NCBI GenBank assembly: GCA_038877255.1
Contig: JAVYWZ010000001.1
Location: 1 to 64,000, forward strand
Source of the DNA: Candidatus Micrarchaeaceae archaeon
GTDB taxonomy: Archaea; Micrarchaeota; Micrarchaeia; Micrarchaeales; CABMGC01
Length of the DNA stretch: 64,000 nt
Reading direction: 5' to 3'
Shown: positions 18,613-29,249 of the stretch, piece by piece
Layout of the letters: each line of letters begins with the position of its first letter
How positions within the stretch are numbered: position 1 is the first letter of the stretch
Position numbers and translations under genes: made by a program
The notes under the pieces: model-generated
Databases searched by the model: none
Seen by the model: the letters and a program-made list of their open reading frames with translations, nothing else
Told to the model about the DNA's origin: nothing

Positions 18613-19766
18613 ATCACCTTCTTAAGAAGCCCCTTGCTTTCTAGAGATGGAGCGCCAAGTAGGTCACCAAGGCCTTCAAGCAGATCGAACGAAATCAAGA
18701 ATGCAATCACAAGCCCAAGCAACTGCAATGCGCCGTATGCGAAAAAGTTAGCAAAGTCTGCTATTTCGGTCATTATTGAGGTTATGTTCACTCCTGCAAA
18801 TATGCTTTCTAATACAGAAACGATATTTGTGGATACACTGGATAAACTCAAAGTCGGAACAATGCTCTGTAAGGTACTAATTGTATTTGTTTGGAGTATG
18901 GAAAATGCATAAAGTATGCTCGGAAAAACTATGAAAAACGAGATAAACAGAGCCACCAAAGAGCCCCCTGCCGCACGTGTCCATGGAAAAGAACGTAACA
19001 ATATTCCTACATATAATAATAGAGGGAATATGCTATAAATTATTCCTAGCAAGAAGCTCATGCCAATGTATATTGCCAGCAATGCGTACACAACGGCGTT
19101 CTCCGTGCCTATTATTTTTGCATATGGGTATATGCCTGCAAAAGGCGAGTAGCTGTATTCAACACCGGTAATGCCGAACAAACCAGAGTTGCCTATCGCT
19201 ACTTGGAAATTTTGAAGAATAGAAAGGTCTATGATATTTGGTGCCAGCAGGTAAAATATGTTTGATAAGCCGCGATTTATGCCGTTAGTCAAATATGTTG
19301 TGCAGAGGGTGCTGTATAGACCGCGAGTGCTGCTTATACTAGCAGCAGTGGTTGAGCCGGGAGATACAGAAACTATGGCAAGGTTGCTTAGAAATGAAAC
19401 CGACCCGTCTATGACCCCTATGCCGCCCACTATAATGACAATAAGCAAGATATTGAAGATGCTTTCGATATATTCCTTCTTAACAAACTCCATTAATGTA
19501 GGTATTCCAAAAGCCCTGCCTATGGCATAGATAATGCCAAGCACCACTAGAACCAATAGCACAATAAGCAGCGAAATGCCCAATAGCGCAGAATAGCTGC
19601 TGCCTAAGTTAGGCGCACTGCTTAACATGTCGTTACAAAGCGGGCTTACTACTCCGTTTTCTAAATCTTGTATGAAGTTTCCTAAACTTTGTGCTTTGGA
19701 AACACCTGAAAGAAGCAGAAACAGCGTAATTCCAAGGAACACAAACATAAAATGTTGCATGCGCAC
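18609..19766 (-). CDS. CedA/TedA/VirB6-like polytopic membrane protein (paralog 4)
   Basis: LMEFVKKEYIESIFN; GILLRSFPWTRAAGGSLVALFISFFIVFP; LGDLLGA. Confidence 0.65.
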   Translation of the reverse strand: MRMQHFMFVFLGITLFLLLSGVSKAQSLGNFIQDLENGVVSPLCNDMLSSAPNLGSSYSALLGISLLIVLLVLVVLGIIYAIGRAFGIPTLMEFVKKEYIESIFNILLIVIIVGGIGVIDGSVSFLSNLAIVSVSPGSTTAASISSTRGLYSTLCTTYLTNGINRGLSNIFYLLAPNIIDLSILQNFQVAIGNSGLFGITGVEYSYSPFAGIYPYAKIIGTENAVVYALLAIYIGMSFLLGIIYSIFPLLLYVGILLRSFPWTRAAGGSLVALFISFFIVFPSILYAFSILQTNTISTLQSIVPTLSLSSVSTNIVSVLESIFAGVNITSIMTEIADFANFFAYGALQLLGLVIAFLISFDLLEGLGDLLGAPSLESKGLLKKVI

Positions 19767-19777
19767 TTTGTCACCTG

Positions 19778-21484
19778 TTATATGAACCTGCTCAGACCTA
19801 ATATGTCTGATTCTCCTCCTAATATTTTTGAAAGGCCGATTGCCGCACCGTACACTATTAAGATATTAAGCAGAGGCAGTATGAATGCGGTTATGCCAGT
19901 AATGCCATATATATTTGTAAACGCAATGCCAGCGCTAAATGCTTTTTCAGGAGTGCATGATATTGTTGGCGGGTAGCCAGGTATTGCGCTTGGGAAATAA
20001 CCTGTTATTGCAGACAGCGAAGTAAATGTAGCTAATCCCAGACCGTAGAAAGGTATAAGATAAAAAGCGTCTGTTGCAAGTTCAAATGTTAGCAGATTCC
20101 CTGTTAAAGGCCAGCATGAGTAGTATTTTACTGTTTGCGTTGCATTTGGCAGTTGGAACAGCGCTATGCCTGAATTATGCGGAGTTGGGCTCGCAGGGCA
20201 CATAGGTATGTATTCTGAAAGCTCGCTTCCACTGTAACATGCTCCAGAAGGCGCTGAGGAATTTGGATCGCCGCAGACGCTTTCATATACATATGGTTTA
20301 GAAGAACTTGGGCAAAGTGTGTTATCAGTGGTGTAGCCGTTTTGGCACAGTTGAAACTGAGAAATCTGGCCTTCAGCTTTGCAATCCGGAGGCGAGCTTA
20401 CTGTGCTTATATTGCCGCATGTGCCTTCATATACGTAATCGCCTGCTGGGCAGCCAACACTGCTTGCCGAAGCATTGGTCAAAAGCTCAAACCCCGAAGT
20501 TGCGCCATAAACAAGGACGTTGCCGTTAGGCGCAAGCTCATATATTGGCGTGTAAGGTATAACGTTGCTGCCTATTGGAAAAGAGGATTCTGTAGTGCCC
20601 AAGGAAGCATATTCAAACAAGAATATCAGAGGCCATATAATCAACAAGGCAATAACTATTCCGATGAGCAGGCCGCCAAGTCTACGTGTATACGGGGTTG
20701 CTCTGAATATTATTCCTGCTGCAAGAATATAAGGCCAAGTAACAAGAAGCATCAAAATTACAAGCAACTGCACGATAAAAGAGTCTATTGAGAGTGCGCT
20801 GACTATGCCTACTGCAAGGCTCATTTTAGAAAGGAAGGAGTAGCCTGCCAAAGGGGTATAATCAAAGTAAATAGCAGTTCCTCCTGCTGTGCCAAAGCCG
20901 CTCACTGACGTAAGCGCTCTAAGGAAGCTTATTGTGCCATCGTATACGTAAAATGCGTTTAGATTGTTTATCGCTTGGTTTGTTACGTTGGCAATCACTA
21001 TGTAAGTAGCGGCAACTCCATAGTCTATTGAGCGCGTAAGTGAAGAGCTGCCGGAGCCTGAAGCCAGCGGCGAGATAATAGTGTTGCATATTGTGTTAGT
21101 GGGCGAAATTTCATTGCTATTTAGAAAGCGTATCTGCGAGTTTGACAGGCTGTTGCATATGCTGCTGACGTGCTGCGCAGAAACTACTGAAATCGGGGAA
21201 AACATGGTAGTGCCAATAACGCTAAGCAGCCAAACTATTATCACTACAAGAATGCCTGTGCCTATTGCTTGAATAAATTCAGCTATCGCCCTGGACTTTA
21301 CCTTTTTGTTATTAAGCAGATAACCGAATATGTAGTAAACAGAAGCTATTACCAAGCTTAGCAATATTGCTACAAAAACTACTGGAAGCCAGTTGCTAAA
21401 CGCAGAATAACTAGGTATTGTTATGGTTTGGGCTCCTGCGAGTGGCAAAACAGACAATAGAGCAAGCAATGCAAATGCTTTCAT
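19778..21484 (-). CDS. CedA/TedA/VirB6-like polytopic membrane protein with Cys-rich insertion (paralog 3)
   Basis: Signal peptide; KVKSRAIAEFIQAIGT; GIIFRATPYTRRLGGLLIGIVIALLIIWP; Cys-rich loop; LSKILGGE. Confidence 0.65.
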   Translation of the reverse strand: MKAFALLALLSVLPLAGAQTITIPSYSAFSNWLPVVFVAILLSLVIASVYYIFGYLLNNKKVKSRAIAEFIQAIGTGILVVIIVWLLSVIGTTMFSPISVVSAQHVSSICNSLSNSQIRFLNSNEISPTNTICNTIISPLASGSGSSSLTRSIDYGVAATYIVIANVTNQAINNLNAFYVYDGTISFLRALTSVSGFGTAGGTAIYFDYTPLAGYSFLSKMSLAVGIVSALSIDSFIVQLLVILMLLVTWPYILAAGIIFRATPYTRRLGGLLIGIVIALLIIWPLIFLFEYASLGTTESSFPIGSNVIPYTPIYELAPNGNVLVYGATSGFELLTNASASSVGCPAGDYVYEGTCGNISTVSSPPDCKAEGQISQFQLCQNGYTTDNTLCPSSSKPYVYESVCGDPNSSAPSGACYSGSELSEYIPMCPASPTPHNSGIALFQLPNATQTVKYYSCWPLTGNLLTFELATDAFYLIPFYGLGLATFTSLSAITGYFPSAIPGYPPTISCTPEKAFSAGIAFTNIYGITGITAFILPLLNILIVYGAAIGLSKILGGESDILGLSRFI

Positions 21485-21557
21485 ATAAACACGCAGTCAA
21501 ACAATTGCCGCACAACGCAATGCCATGCACAACAACCAAACTTATTAAACATGTATT

Positions 21558-22760
21558 TCACCAAAAAGGTCCGCTGCTTACTATGCCTGATAGGGCATTA
21601 AGCCCTTTCGCAATGCCCGCAATAAAGCCAACAGTTATAAGCAAATCAAGCGCGATAAGCACAACGCCTTCGAACGCATATTCAGAAATTATATTAGTAT
21701 AATTGAATGCCACTGTAGGTGCGTCTATTAGAAGAGATAATATGCCTGACAAGCCAGGAGCGGCGCCTGCTGAATTAATGGCGCTGAAGAAATTTAATGA
21801 GACGCTTGCACCGTTTATTGGCACATTCGCGCTTGTAAACAGCGAAGAGGCAGAGACCGGCGGCGGGGTTACAGTAAGGTATTTTGTGTTCAACCAAGTG
21901 CATGAAGAAGATGGTGCGGTAGTGCCGCTTATAGAAATGCAGTTAGTGATGTAGCTGTTGAATGCTATTGTGAGCGGGAACACGAAGAAAAGCCCTATTG
22001 CCAATGCCAGAAACGTATTGGAAACTTCCCTGAGTTTTGGCCCGGTAAACGCAAGCGTGCGCATGAATATTGCGACAGGCAATATTACGGTAAGCGCTGC
22101 TGCCTGTATTATAGGCAGCGCAAGAAACAATATAAAAAGCACGCTAAATACAGCAAGCGTTACTGCGGTAAACGTACCTGAAAATACTGAAGAATATATG
22201 CTGAATATAGACATAAGCTCGCCCGCATCGATGCTTGGATATATTAGTATAGGGTTAGAGCTTTTGAGCATCGCAGAGTAAAAGCTAGTGACTTGAGAAG
22301 ACACATAAGCGGCAGTCTGTTCCGCTATCGCATATTCTATTGCGGTAGTGTAAATTTGCGACGCAAGGACTGTTCCTCTGTTGAATACTAAGTTGCCAAT
22401 ATAAAGTTCGTCGCTGTAAAATACGCCTGGGTACGTGTTTGTTTGCGAATTGGCTTGTGCCAGGCTTGCGCCTGAGTAACATGCAAAGTTGGAGATCAGC
22501 ATAATGACAAATATTATGATAACGCTGAGAAACGCTTCAAAAAGCTCGTAGCGCACTACGCCTCTGAGCTTCTCGCGGTGCTGCACAGGCATTATGCCGC
22601 TTATTGCGTACATAAGGCTCGAAACCATCACTATCAGCATTACAAGCATTACGTTTATCTGGAGCCAATCAGAAGCAAGTGTGCCTCCATAGCCTATGCT
22701 CACCCCGCTTGAGATAAAGCCGCACGCAGGTGCCGAAGCGCTCAATAACAGGTTAAACAT
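21558..22760 (-). CDS. CedA/TedA/VirB6-like polytopic membrane protein (paralog 2)
   Basis: KLRGVVRYELFEAFLS; AIFMRTLAFTGPKLREVSNTFLALAIGLFFVFP; IAKGL. Confidence 0.62.
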   Translation of the reverse strand: MFNLLLSASAPACGFISSGVSIGYGGTLASDWLQINVMLVMLIVMVSSLMYAISGIMPVQHREKLRGVVRYELFEAFLSVIIIFVIMLISNFACYSGASLAQANSQTNTYPGVFYSDELYIGNLVFNRGTVLASQIYTTAIEYAIAEQTAAYVSSQVTSFYSAMLKSSNPILIYPSIDAGELMSIFSIYSSVFSGTFTAVTLAVFSVLFILFLALPIIQAAALTVILPVAIFMRTLAFTGPKLREVSNTFLALAIGLFFVFPLTIAFNSYITNCISISGTTAPSSSCTWLNTKYLTVTPPPVSASSLFTSANVPINGASVSLNFFSAINSAGAAPGLSGILSLLIDAPTVAFNYTNIISEYAFEGVVLIALDLLITVGFIAGIAKGLNALSGIVSSGPFW

Positions 22761-22768
22761 CTAAACGC

Positions 22769-23908
22769 CTATGCAATCTTAAGCTTTTCACCAAGGCTGA
22801 GCCTGAATGTGCCGCCAAGCAGTTTTGCTATATTGTCACCAAGCGCATACACTATAACCAAATCCAATATAAACAGCAAGAGCTGCAGCACGAAATACAT
22901 GCTAAATTGTATGTATATGCTTATGAAAGAATAAATTTGATATATATAATTAGAATAAGCCAGTGGCAGAACGCTGCTGAGAATGCCTAGGAAGCCAAGT
23001 GCGCCTGAACTGCTTCCAGTAACCTGAGGCAGCTGGGAAGGCATTACAAACGTAAAAGCGTTTGATACAGGAATGTTGAGCAGCACGAGCGTAGCAGGGT
23101 AAATGACTGCTAGCGCGATGCCGATGCCGATGAGCGTGCCGCCTATGTTTCGTATGAACGGAAATGCCCTGAATACTAGGCCAAGCGGAATAAGAAAGCC
23201 AAGCGCAACAATTATTATGTAAGGAAGGCCTACCTGCTGCACCACTATCATAAATGCGAGCGGCGTGATTATAAGACCAAACAAGTCATTTATCATTGAC
23301 TCGTATGTGCCGGTTGTCGGGCCTTGCTCAAGAAGCTGGTTTGCATAAATTCTTGAACTGAATCCAAACTGAAGTATAAATGTGGTAATGGTTATTGGAT
23401 AAGCGATCGTTAGCGTTATGCTTCTAAGAGCTCCGAGCGACACTGAAAGCGTGTAAAAATTCTGAATGCCGATGCTGACATCGTTTTTAGTATTATTCAA
23501 ATAGCAATTTGCAACTGTTTCGAGCGAGCTTATGTCGGCAGAATAGGTACCAAAAGAGGCGGTGCTGCAAGGCGCAGAAGCGCCTAACCCCGAGCTGTAG
23601 CTGTTGTAGACAAGCAGGCTAACACTACCGACAAAGGCGAGTATTGCGTATATGCCTATAATTATCATTGCGCTCTTTGCTATCTCCCAGTATTCGTTGT
23701 CAAGCCAGCTCCTTATGCCAGTTCCTGGAACAAGCCTCGCAATAATATAGCCTATTGCAACAACGTCTATCGAGATAGTGAGAGCGAGCATCGATATGCC
23801 AATGAACGTTACAGGAAGCGCGTATGTTGTTGGTGTTGTTGGAGCAGCACTGGAAATGCCAAGCTCCGCAAAAAATGAAAACATAAAAAGTAGCAACACC
23901 TTGCGCAT
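22769..23908 (-). CDS. CedA/TedA/VirB6-like polytopic membrane protein (paralog 1)
   Basis: Signal peptide; GIRSWLDNEYWEIAKS; GLVFRAFPFIRNIGGTLIGIGIALAVIYP; IAKLLGG. Confidence 0.65.
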   Translation of the reverse strand: MRKVLLLFMFSFFAELGISSAAPTTPTTYALPVTFIGISMLALTISIDVVAIGYIIARLVPGTGIRSWLDNEYWEIAKSAMIIIGIYAILAFVGSVSLLVYNSYSSGLGASAPCSTASFGTYSADISSLETVANCYLNNTKNDVSIGIQNFYTLSVSLGALRSITLTIAYPITITTFILQFGFSSRIYANQLLEQGPTTGTYESMINDLFGLIITPLAFMIVVQQVGLPYIIIVALGFLIPLGLVFRAFPFIRNIGGTLIGIGIALAVIYPATLVLLNIPVSNAFTFVMPSQLPQVTGSSSGALGFLGILSSVLPLAYSNYIYQIYSFISIYIQFSMYFVLQLLLFILDLVIVYALGDNIAKLLGGTFRLSLGEKLKIA

Positions 23909-23953
23909 GCTCTCAATAGCTTTATTGCAACAAATAATTAAAACTGATGCCCT

Positions 23954-24685
23954 TCAGCGCCTTAGCATAGGAAACTTCTTCATATAAGCGTGTGCCTGAT
24001 ATATCACAAAATAAGGCACTACAAAGAGCGAATTAATAATGAGAAGCGCATATGCGGAGTAGACGTTGCCAAGCGCATGTATCAGCAGGAAATCAAGCAC
24101 AGAAACTACGAGCACTATGAGAACAAGCCACAGCAGGAAATACTGTGGCATCGAAAATGAAAGCTTCGCGCTGTCCCTTAGCGCAACGCCTATGCGCTTG
24201 TTATCTATTACTATCGCTGTTGGCGCAAAGAAGAGCGCCATGAAAGCGAAAAAGCCAACGAGCGCAGTAAGAGCTCCGGCTATGCCAAGATAATACCCAA
24301 TGGCGTCGGCAAGCACCAAAAGAAATAGATAGAAAAGAAGCACAACAAAAACCTTGCCTGTGTATTTCTCGCTGTTCATTATAACTGCCTTTGTTATTGC
24401 TGTGTGCGTTTTCGCCGATTTTACTATTAGGCTTATCGCAACGAATGAAAAGCTTAGGAAAAGAAGCGCAAAGAACAAAGCAATTATTATTATTGCAAGT
24501 GTTATCGGATTAGCGTTTACGAAAATGCCTGAAGTCCTTAGAAATATGGCACCTGAAGCAACGTATGAAGGCAATGGAGCTATTACTGGTATTATGAACG
24601 AAATAAGGAAGGGAATTGAGAATAGGAGCACTAGCTTTATATGCTTTAAGTACGTTTCCAAAGAGTCTGAGAGCACATTCGACAT
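23954..24685 (-). CDS. Polytopic membrane protein (~6 TM) of unknown function
   Basis: Hydrophobic ORF with FFAPTAIVIDNKRIGVALRDS pattern. Start placed at MSNVLS (24685). Confidence 0.65.
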   Translation of the reverse strand: MSNVLSDSLETYLKHIKLVLLFSIPFLISFIIPVIAPLPSYVASGAIFLRTSGIFVNANPITLAIIIIALFFALLFLSFSFVAISLIVKSAKTHTAITKAVIMNSEKYTGKVFVVLLFYLFLLVLADAIGYYLGIAGALTALVGFFAFMALFFAPTAIVIDNKRIGVALRDSAKLSFSMPQYFLLWLVLIVLVVSVLDFLLIHALGNVYSAYALLIINSLFVVPYFVIYQAHAYMKKFPMLRR

Positions 24686-24740
24686 GCTTATGCATAAGCA
24701 ATAAAAGTTAAAAAAGCAACAGCATTGGCTAGCGCTAATC

Positions 24741-24766
24741 AAAACAAAAGAATAAGAAAAAGAAAA
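24741..24766 (-). terminator. U-rich terminator-like tract after the 23S trailer
   Basis: A-rich run on + (aaaacaaaagaataagaaaaagaaaa) reads as oligo-T on the transcribed strand. Confidence 0.5.
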
Positions 24767-27620
24767 GGAGCAAACAAAGGCATAAGTTAGGTTTTAGTAG
24801 CGGTCTGCTTACCGGTCGCTTGCGCTCCCGGCTTACACAGCCACCCTATCTAGTCATGTAATACGACCACCCTAAATGTCTCGTTTCGGATTGGACTTCG
24901 CCCTTAGATGCTTTCAGGGCTTATTCCTTAGCGCGCAGCTACGCGGCGATGCAAACACAACCGCTAAACCGGAGGCGCCGGTACCCCATTCCTCTCGTAC
25001 TAGGGGTGCCTTATCCTCTGACATTAACACCCTCAGTAGATACTACCGTCCTGCCTCGCGGCGGACTTAACTCAGCTCATGTAGGTCTTTGACAGGCGAG
25101 CAGCCTGGCCCTTGGTGGCTTGTGCACCACCGGGATGACCTAAGCCCATATCGGTGTATCAAACGGCTGGGTCGATGTGAACTCTCACCAGCCACGAACC
25201 GGTTACCTCTAGAGTAACTTTTCTGACAGGTTGGAGCCCCGCTAAAAGAGCTGCCAACGCTCGGTAAGCCCCTCTTTCGAGTCTGCACCCCCTGCTTTCC
25301 AGAGTACAGTCAACCCTGCATTTGCCTTTTAGCTTTACGGTGGGTTTCCAACCCACTTAAGCAGAGCATTGGTCACTTTCGTTTCCTTATCGAAAGCAAC
25401 CGCCCAATCTAACTACCCATCTGCCGCTGTTCCTTTTCGGTAAGTCGTGCCGCAAGAATAGAGTGGTGTTACATTGCCGCTCCGCATGCCCCGAAGAGCA
25501 TGCATCGACGCTCCCACTTACGCTATGCAGTTCTAACAACACAACAACAACAGACTGTAGTCAAGTTTCATAGAGACTTCGTTTCCCACTGAGGGTACGT
25601 GGCATGTACACCACGCAGTGAGTTCACCGGGCACCAGGTTGGGACATTGGGGGAGTCGTTACGCCCTTCATGCAGGTCGCCTATCAAGCGACGAGGTATT
25701 ACGCTACCTTAAGAGGGTCAGAGTTACCCCCGCTCTTTGCTAGCGTTTATCCCTTTTCAGGGGTTTGCGTACTAGCGGTGAGCAGGCGTCACCCACTGTA
25801 CAAAGCATTACTACTTAACAGTGAGTTGTGTTTTAAAGAAACAGTCGCTTCCCCTTTGTTATTGCAATCTGCGCTTACTGAGCGCAGACATGGCTTATAG
25901 TTACCATATGCCACTAACTTGCCGAGTTCCCTAACCTGATTTATTCCCGACACGCCTTGGCTTTCTCAGCCAGCAGCACCTGTACTGGTTCTAGGTACGT
26001 TCAGCTACGATCGTTGCAGATTCTCTTTTCACGGGCTCAGGAATTCAGCCGATGTTCATTTAGCTGCTTCTCCTCATAATGAGACTCCGCAGCCATTTGC
26101 ACTTTGCAAGCGGCATATCCCCAAGCGTCAAGAATCTGCCTTGTGTTGCCACGCCTACGTAGCTGGCGCATGAATATTAACATGCTACCCTTTTGCAGAG
26201 TAGTTATTGGCTCTCTGCTTAGGAACGGCTAACTCCCCGTCAACGATTGTCGCGAGGAAACCCGTGTGCTTCAGGCGTAAAGGATTCTTACCTTTATTTG
26301 ATGTTACTAACACCAGGATTTTCTCTACTGCATTGTCCATACCTCCTCACGGAAGTACTTCTTGCAATGCAGCATGCCCTCCTACTCGTCCTTGCGGACG
26401 CAAGGGTATCGGTACCTAGTTTAGCCCCGTCCATCTTCAGAAGGCAACATCTCAATCGGTACGCTGTTACGCGTTTTTTGAAGGATGGCTGCTTCTGAGC
26501 CTACCTCCCGACTGTCTACGATGCTGCTTTCCTCCAACACACTTAACTAGGATTTGGGGACCTTAACCCCTGTTACTGTCATTCCAGTCTCGTGGCGCTA
26601 GCTTACCCAACGCCGCCGACTCCCCATCTAAGCAGCGCATGCATTCGGAGTTTGACTAAGAAGCGGAAACTTTCGCTTCCGGCAACCTAATCGGTGGCTC
26701 TACCGCATGCGCAAGCTAAATGGAGGCTATCCTAAAGATACTTCGAAGGGGACCCGTTATTGCCATGTTCGAACGGTCTATCGCCCCTACCCGCGACTCA
26801 CCCAACAGGACACGCCATGACAGGTTGCGGGCCTCCATCAAGTATCAGCTTGACTTCGCCCTGGTCGCGCGTAGTTCACAATGGCTTCGGGTCATAAAAG
26901 AGTGACTCGGGCGCTTTCGCACCCACCCTTAACGGGTTTCGCTTTCGCTGCGCTATACGCTCGCCACTCCTATAAACTCCCTGGCTCTTGCTTCGAGAAG
27001 AATGATGGAACGCTACTCTGCGCGCTGCGCTCGCATATTACTATGCTTTGCTTCTGCGCGCTTCAATGCTCACGCTCTCACCTTCTTGTAACCACCTAGT
27101 TTCAGATCTTTTCACTCCCACACGTGTGGGTTCTTTTCAGCTTTCCCTCGCGGTACTTGTTCCCTATCGGTCTCTAGTCAATATTTAGGGTTGGAGTTTA
27201 ACGCCCCATCTTCACATAGCATACTCGAGCTATGCTACTCTTTATGCAGCTATTGCGCGCGTGCTTCGCTTACGAGGCTGTCACTCTCTTTGGCGACCTT
27301 TTCCAAGGCCTTCAGCTCGCACACACGTAACTACTGCGCAACATCTCCATGCACTTGCGCACATGGATTCTGCACGCCCTACAGCGCTTTCACTCGCCGT
27401 TACTTGCGCTATCCCATTGGTTTCTTTTCCTGCGGGTACTAAGATGTTTCAATTCCCCGCGTCTGCATGCACCATTATACATAGTGCAATTCGGCAATCT
27501 CGGGTTCAAAGCCTGACCTGCGGCTACCCCGAGCTTTTCGCAGCTTGCCACGGCCTTAGCAGCTACTAGAGCCAAGCCATCCACTAAGTGGTTTAAAATG
27601 TTAATGTCTTTGTTCGCTCC
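24767..27620 (-). other. Pre-23S processing stem (24767-24783 pairs with 27604-27620)
   Basis: Leader GGAGCGAACAAAGACAU pairs with trailer AUGCCUUUGUUUGCUCC: 16 of 17 pairs including one G-U. Confidence 0.8.
24785..27603 (-). rRNA. rrl: 23S rRNA (ends approximate)
   Basis: Reverse complement contains GTGGATGGCTTGGCTC near the 5' end, GAATTGAAACATCTTAGTACC, GGTAACTCTGACCCTCTTAAGGTAGCG, peptidyl-transferase-region sequences and the sarcin-ricin loop AGTACGAGAGGAAT. Confidence 0.98.
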
Positions 27621-27880
27621 CAATCAAATCAATTGCTTTCGCAATCTCATAAGCAAGAAAGGTCGGCTATGCTAAGCCCCTTATTTTCACAAAGCAAACA
27701 GAGCCTGCTCTCAAATAAGTTCCTTTACAAGCTCGGTGCGTGCATAAAAGCACCAAACAATATTTTGCTAAGCAATATTTAAATAGGTTACTATGAAGCA
27801 GCAAGCAAACGCATGTGTTGTAAACCAAAAGAATTTAAGAACTCAATGCCATACAATAAGAGTCAGTGCAGAGAGATTCA

Positions 27881-28945
27881 ATGGGACACAGAATAAGGGT
27901 ATCTTTAGTAGGAGAATTTAGGCTTTCAGCTGGCGGCGTAGGCAGGTACTCGATTGAATTGGGCAAGCAGCTGGAAAAAAGAGCAGACGTATGTTACATA
28001 GGCAGAAAAGAAACTCTGAATAAAGCCAAGTTGAAGCTTTTTGGTCTTAAGCTAAACAATTGCGATCTGGTTCACGCAACGTTCCCAAGCGTCGCAAAAA
28101 TAAATACATGCAGGCCACTCATCGTCACATACCATGACAGCATGTTCATCACAAGATACGCAAAGACAACAGTGCTGCAGCCAAAAAATTATATACACAA
28201 GATTTTAGAGAGAAGCTCAGCACGATACAATTTTGCAAATGCAGACGCAATAATAAGCGTGAGCTCTATAGCACAGAAAGAGATGCTTGCTCTTATGAAG
28301 AGCTTCAAAATAAACATGGAAGACAAGACCTACGAGGTCATTAACAATGGCCTTTCAGACATTTTCATAAAGGCAAAGCCCGGCGCGCGCAGAAAAGATT
28401 TTATCTACATAGGAACAGTGCATTTGCCGCATAAGAACTTTGGCATGCTTCTTGAAGTCTTCTCAAAAATCGCTGATTCAGATCCAAATGCAAAACTGCA
28501 CATTTTCACCCCTACAAAAAGAGAGATTGCAGAAAAGATCATTGAAGATAAAATGATAGGAAATGAAGAAGCAAAGGCTAGGGTAATAATTCATCAAAAC
28601 GAGCCTGACGAAAAGCTTGTTGAGCAACTCAGGCACAGCGTTGCTCTACTGCATTTAAGCAAGGAGGAAGGATTTGGAATAACAATACTTGAAGCAATGG
28701 CTGTTGGAACGCCGGTATTGACGTTAAAAGACGCACTTATTCCAGAAGAAGTCAGGAAGTTCGCTTTCAAGGGCAGCGTAGATGAGATCGAAAGCCAGGC
28801 TCTGCGGCTGCTCGCCAATCCGCAAAGCACAAGCAAGAACGCAATAAATTATGCGAAAAGCTTTACTTGGGGCAATGCTGCTGAAAAGGCACTGAATCTT
28901 TATAAAAAAATATTAAAGAAGCACAATGTAAAATGTAAAATGTAA
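27881..28945 (+). CDS. Glycosyltransferase family 4 (GT-B)
   Basis: GGVGRY, VTYHD, ADAIISVS, INNG, HKNF, EGFGITILEAMAVGTPV. Confidence 0.92.
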   Translation: MGHRIRVSLVGEFRLSAGGVGRYSIELGKQLEKRADVCYIGRKETLNKAKLKLFGLKLNNCDLVHATFPSVAKINTCRPLIVTYHDSMFITRYAKTTVLQPKNYIHKILERSSARYNFANADAIISVSSIAQKEMLALMKSFKINMEDKTYEVINNGLSDIFIKAKPGARRKDFIYIGTVHLPHKNFGMLLEVFSKIADSDPNAKLHIFTPTKREIAEKIIEDKMIGNEEAKARVIIHQNEPDEKLVEQLRHSVALLHLSKEEGFGITILEAMAVGTPVLTLKDALIPEEVRKFAFKGSVDEIESQALRLLANPQSTSKNAINYAKSFTWGNAAEKALNLYKKILKKHNVKCKM

Positions 28946-28953
28946 ATAAGCAA

Positions 28954-29014
28954 GTAACATTAGCGCCCAACTTAAGTTTGGGAGCTTCAAGGGCTTGATT
29001 GGTCGTCATGATGC
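28954..29014 (-). mobile_element. IS200/IS605-type right-end remnant (copy 1)
   Basis: Reverse complement GAAGCTCCCAAACTTAAGTTGGGCGCTAATGTTAC: subterminal hairpin ending in TTAC. Near-copy at 50698-50757. Confidence 0.55.
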
Positions 29015-29249
29015 CACACGTAGGTAACTCTTGCGAGTATTCAATGTTCAAGTATATTCATTGATGGTTTTACATCTTCAGTTGCTCTTGCAACCACTTA
29101 TTTACCCATGTTTCTTGTACAAAATAATATAACCCATACTACCGATGATAAATAGAGACTTTTTTAGTTTACTTATTTCTTAAATGAACAAGAGTTAAGG
29201 TTAAAATATATTAATATAGATAGATATTGCAAGTATAGAGTAAGATTAA

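Noticed and set aside
3548..23908. Integrated conjugative element or provirus
   Set aside because: No integrase, relaxase, att-like direct repeat of tRNA-Cys or viral genes seen, and essential alaS and carS are interleaved.
24876..27623. Short ORFs on both strands
   Set aside because: All lie within the 23S rRNA gene or its leader. The rRNA length (~2.8 kb) leaves no room for an intron-encoded endonuclease.
28925..28945. Triple AATGTAA repeat at the end of the glycosyltransferase gene
   Set aside because: Too short and AT-rich to interpret; it affects only the last few residues.
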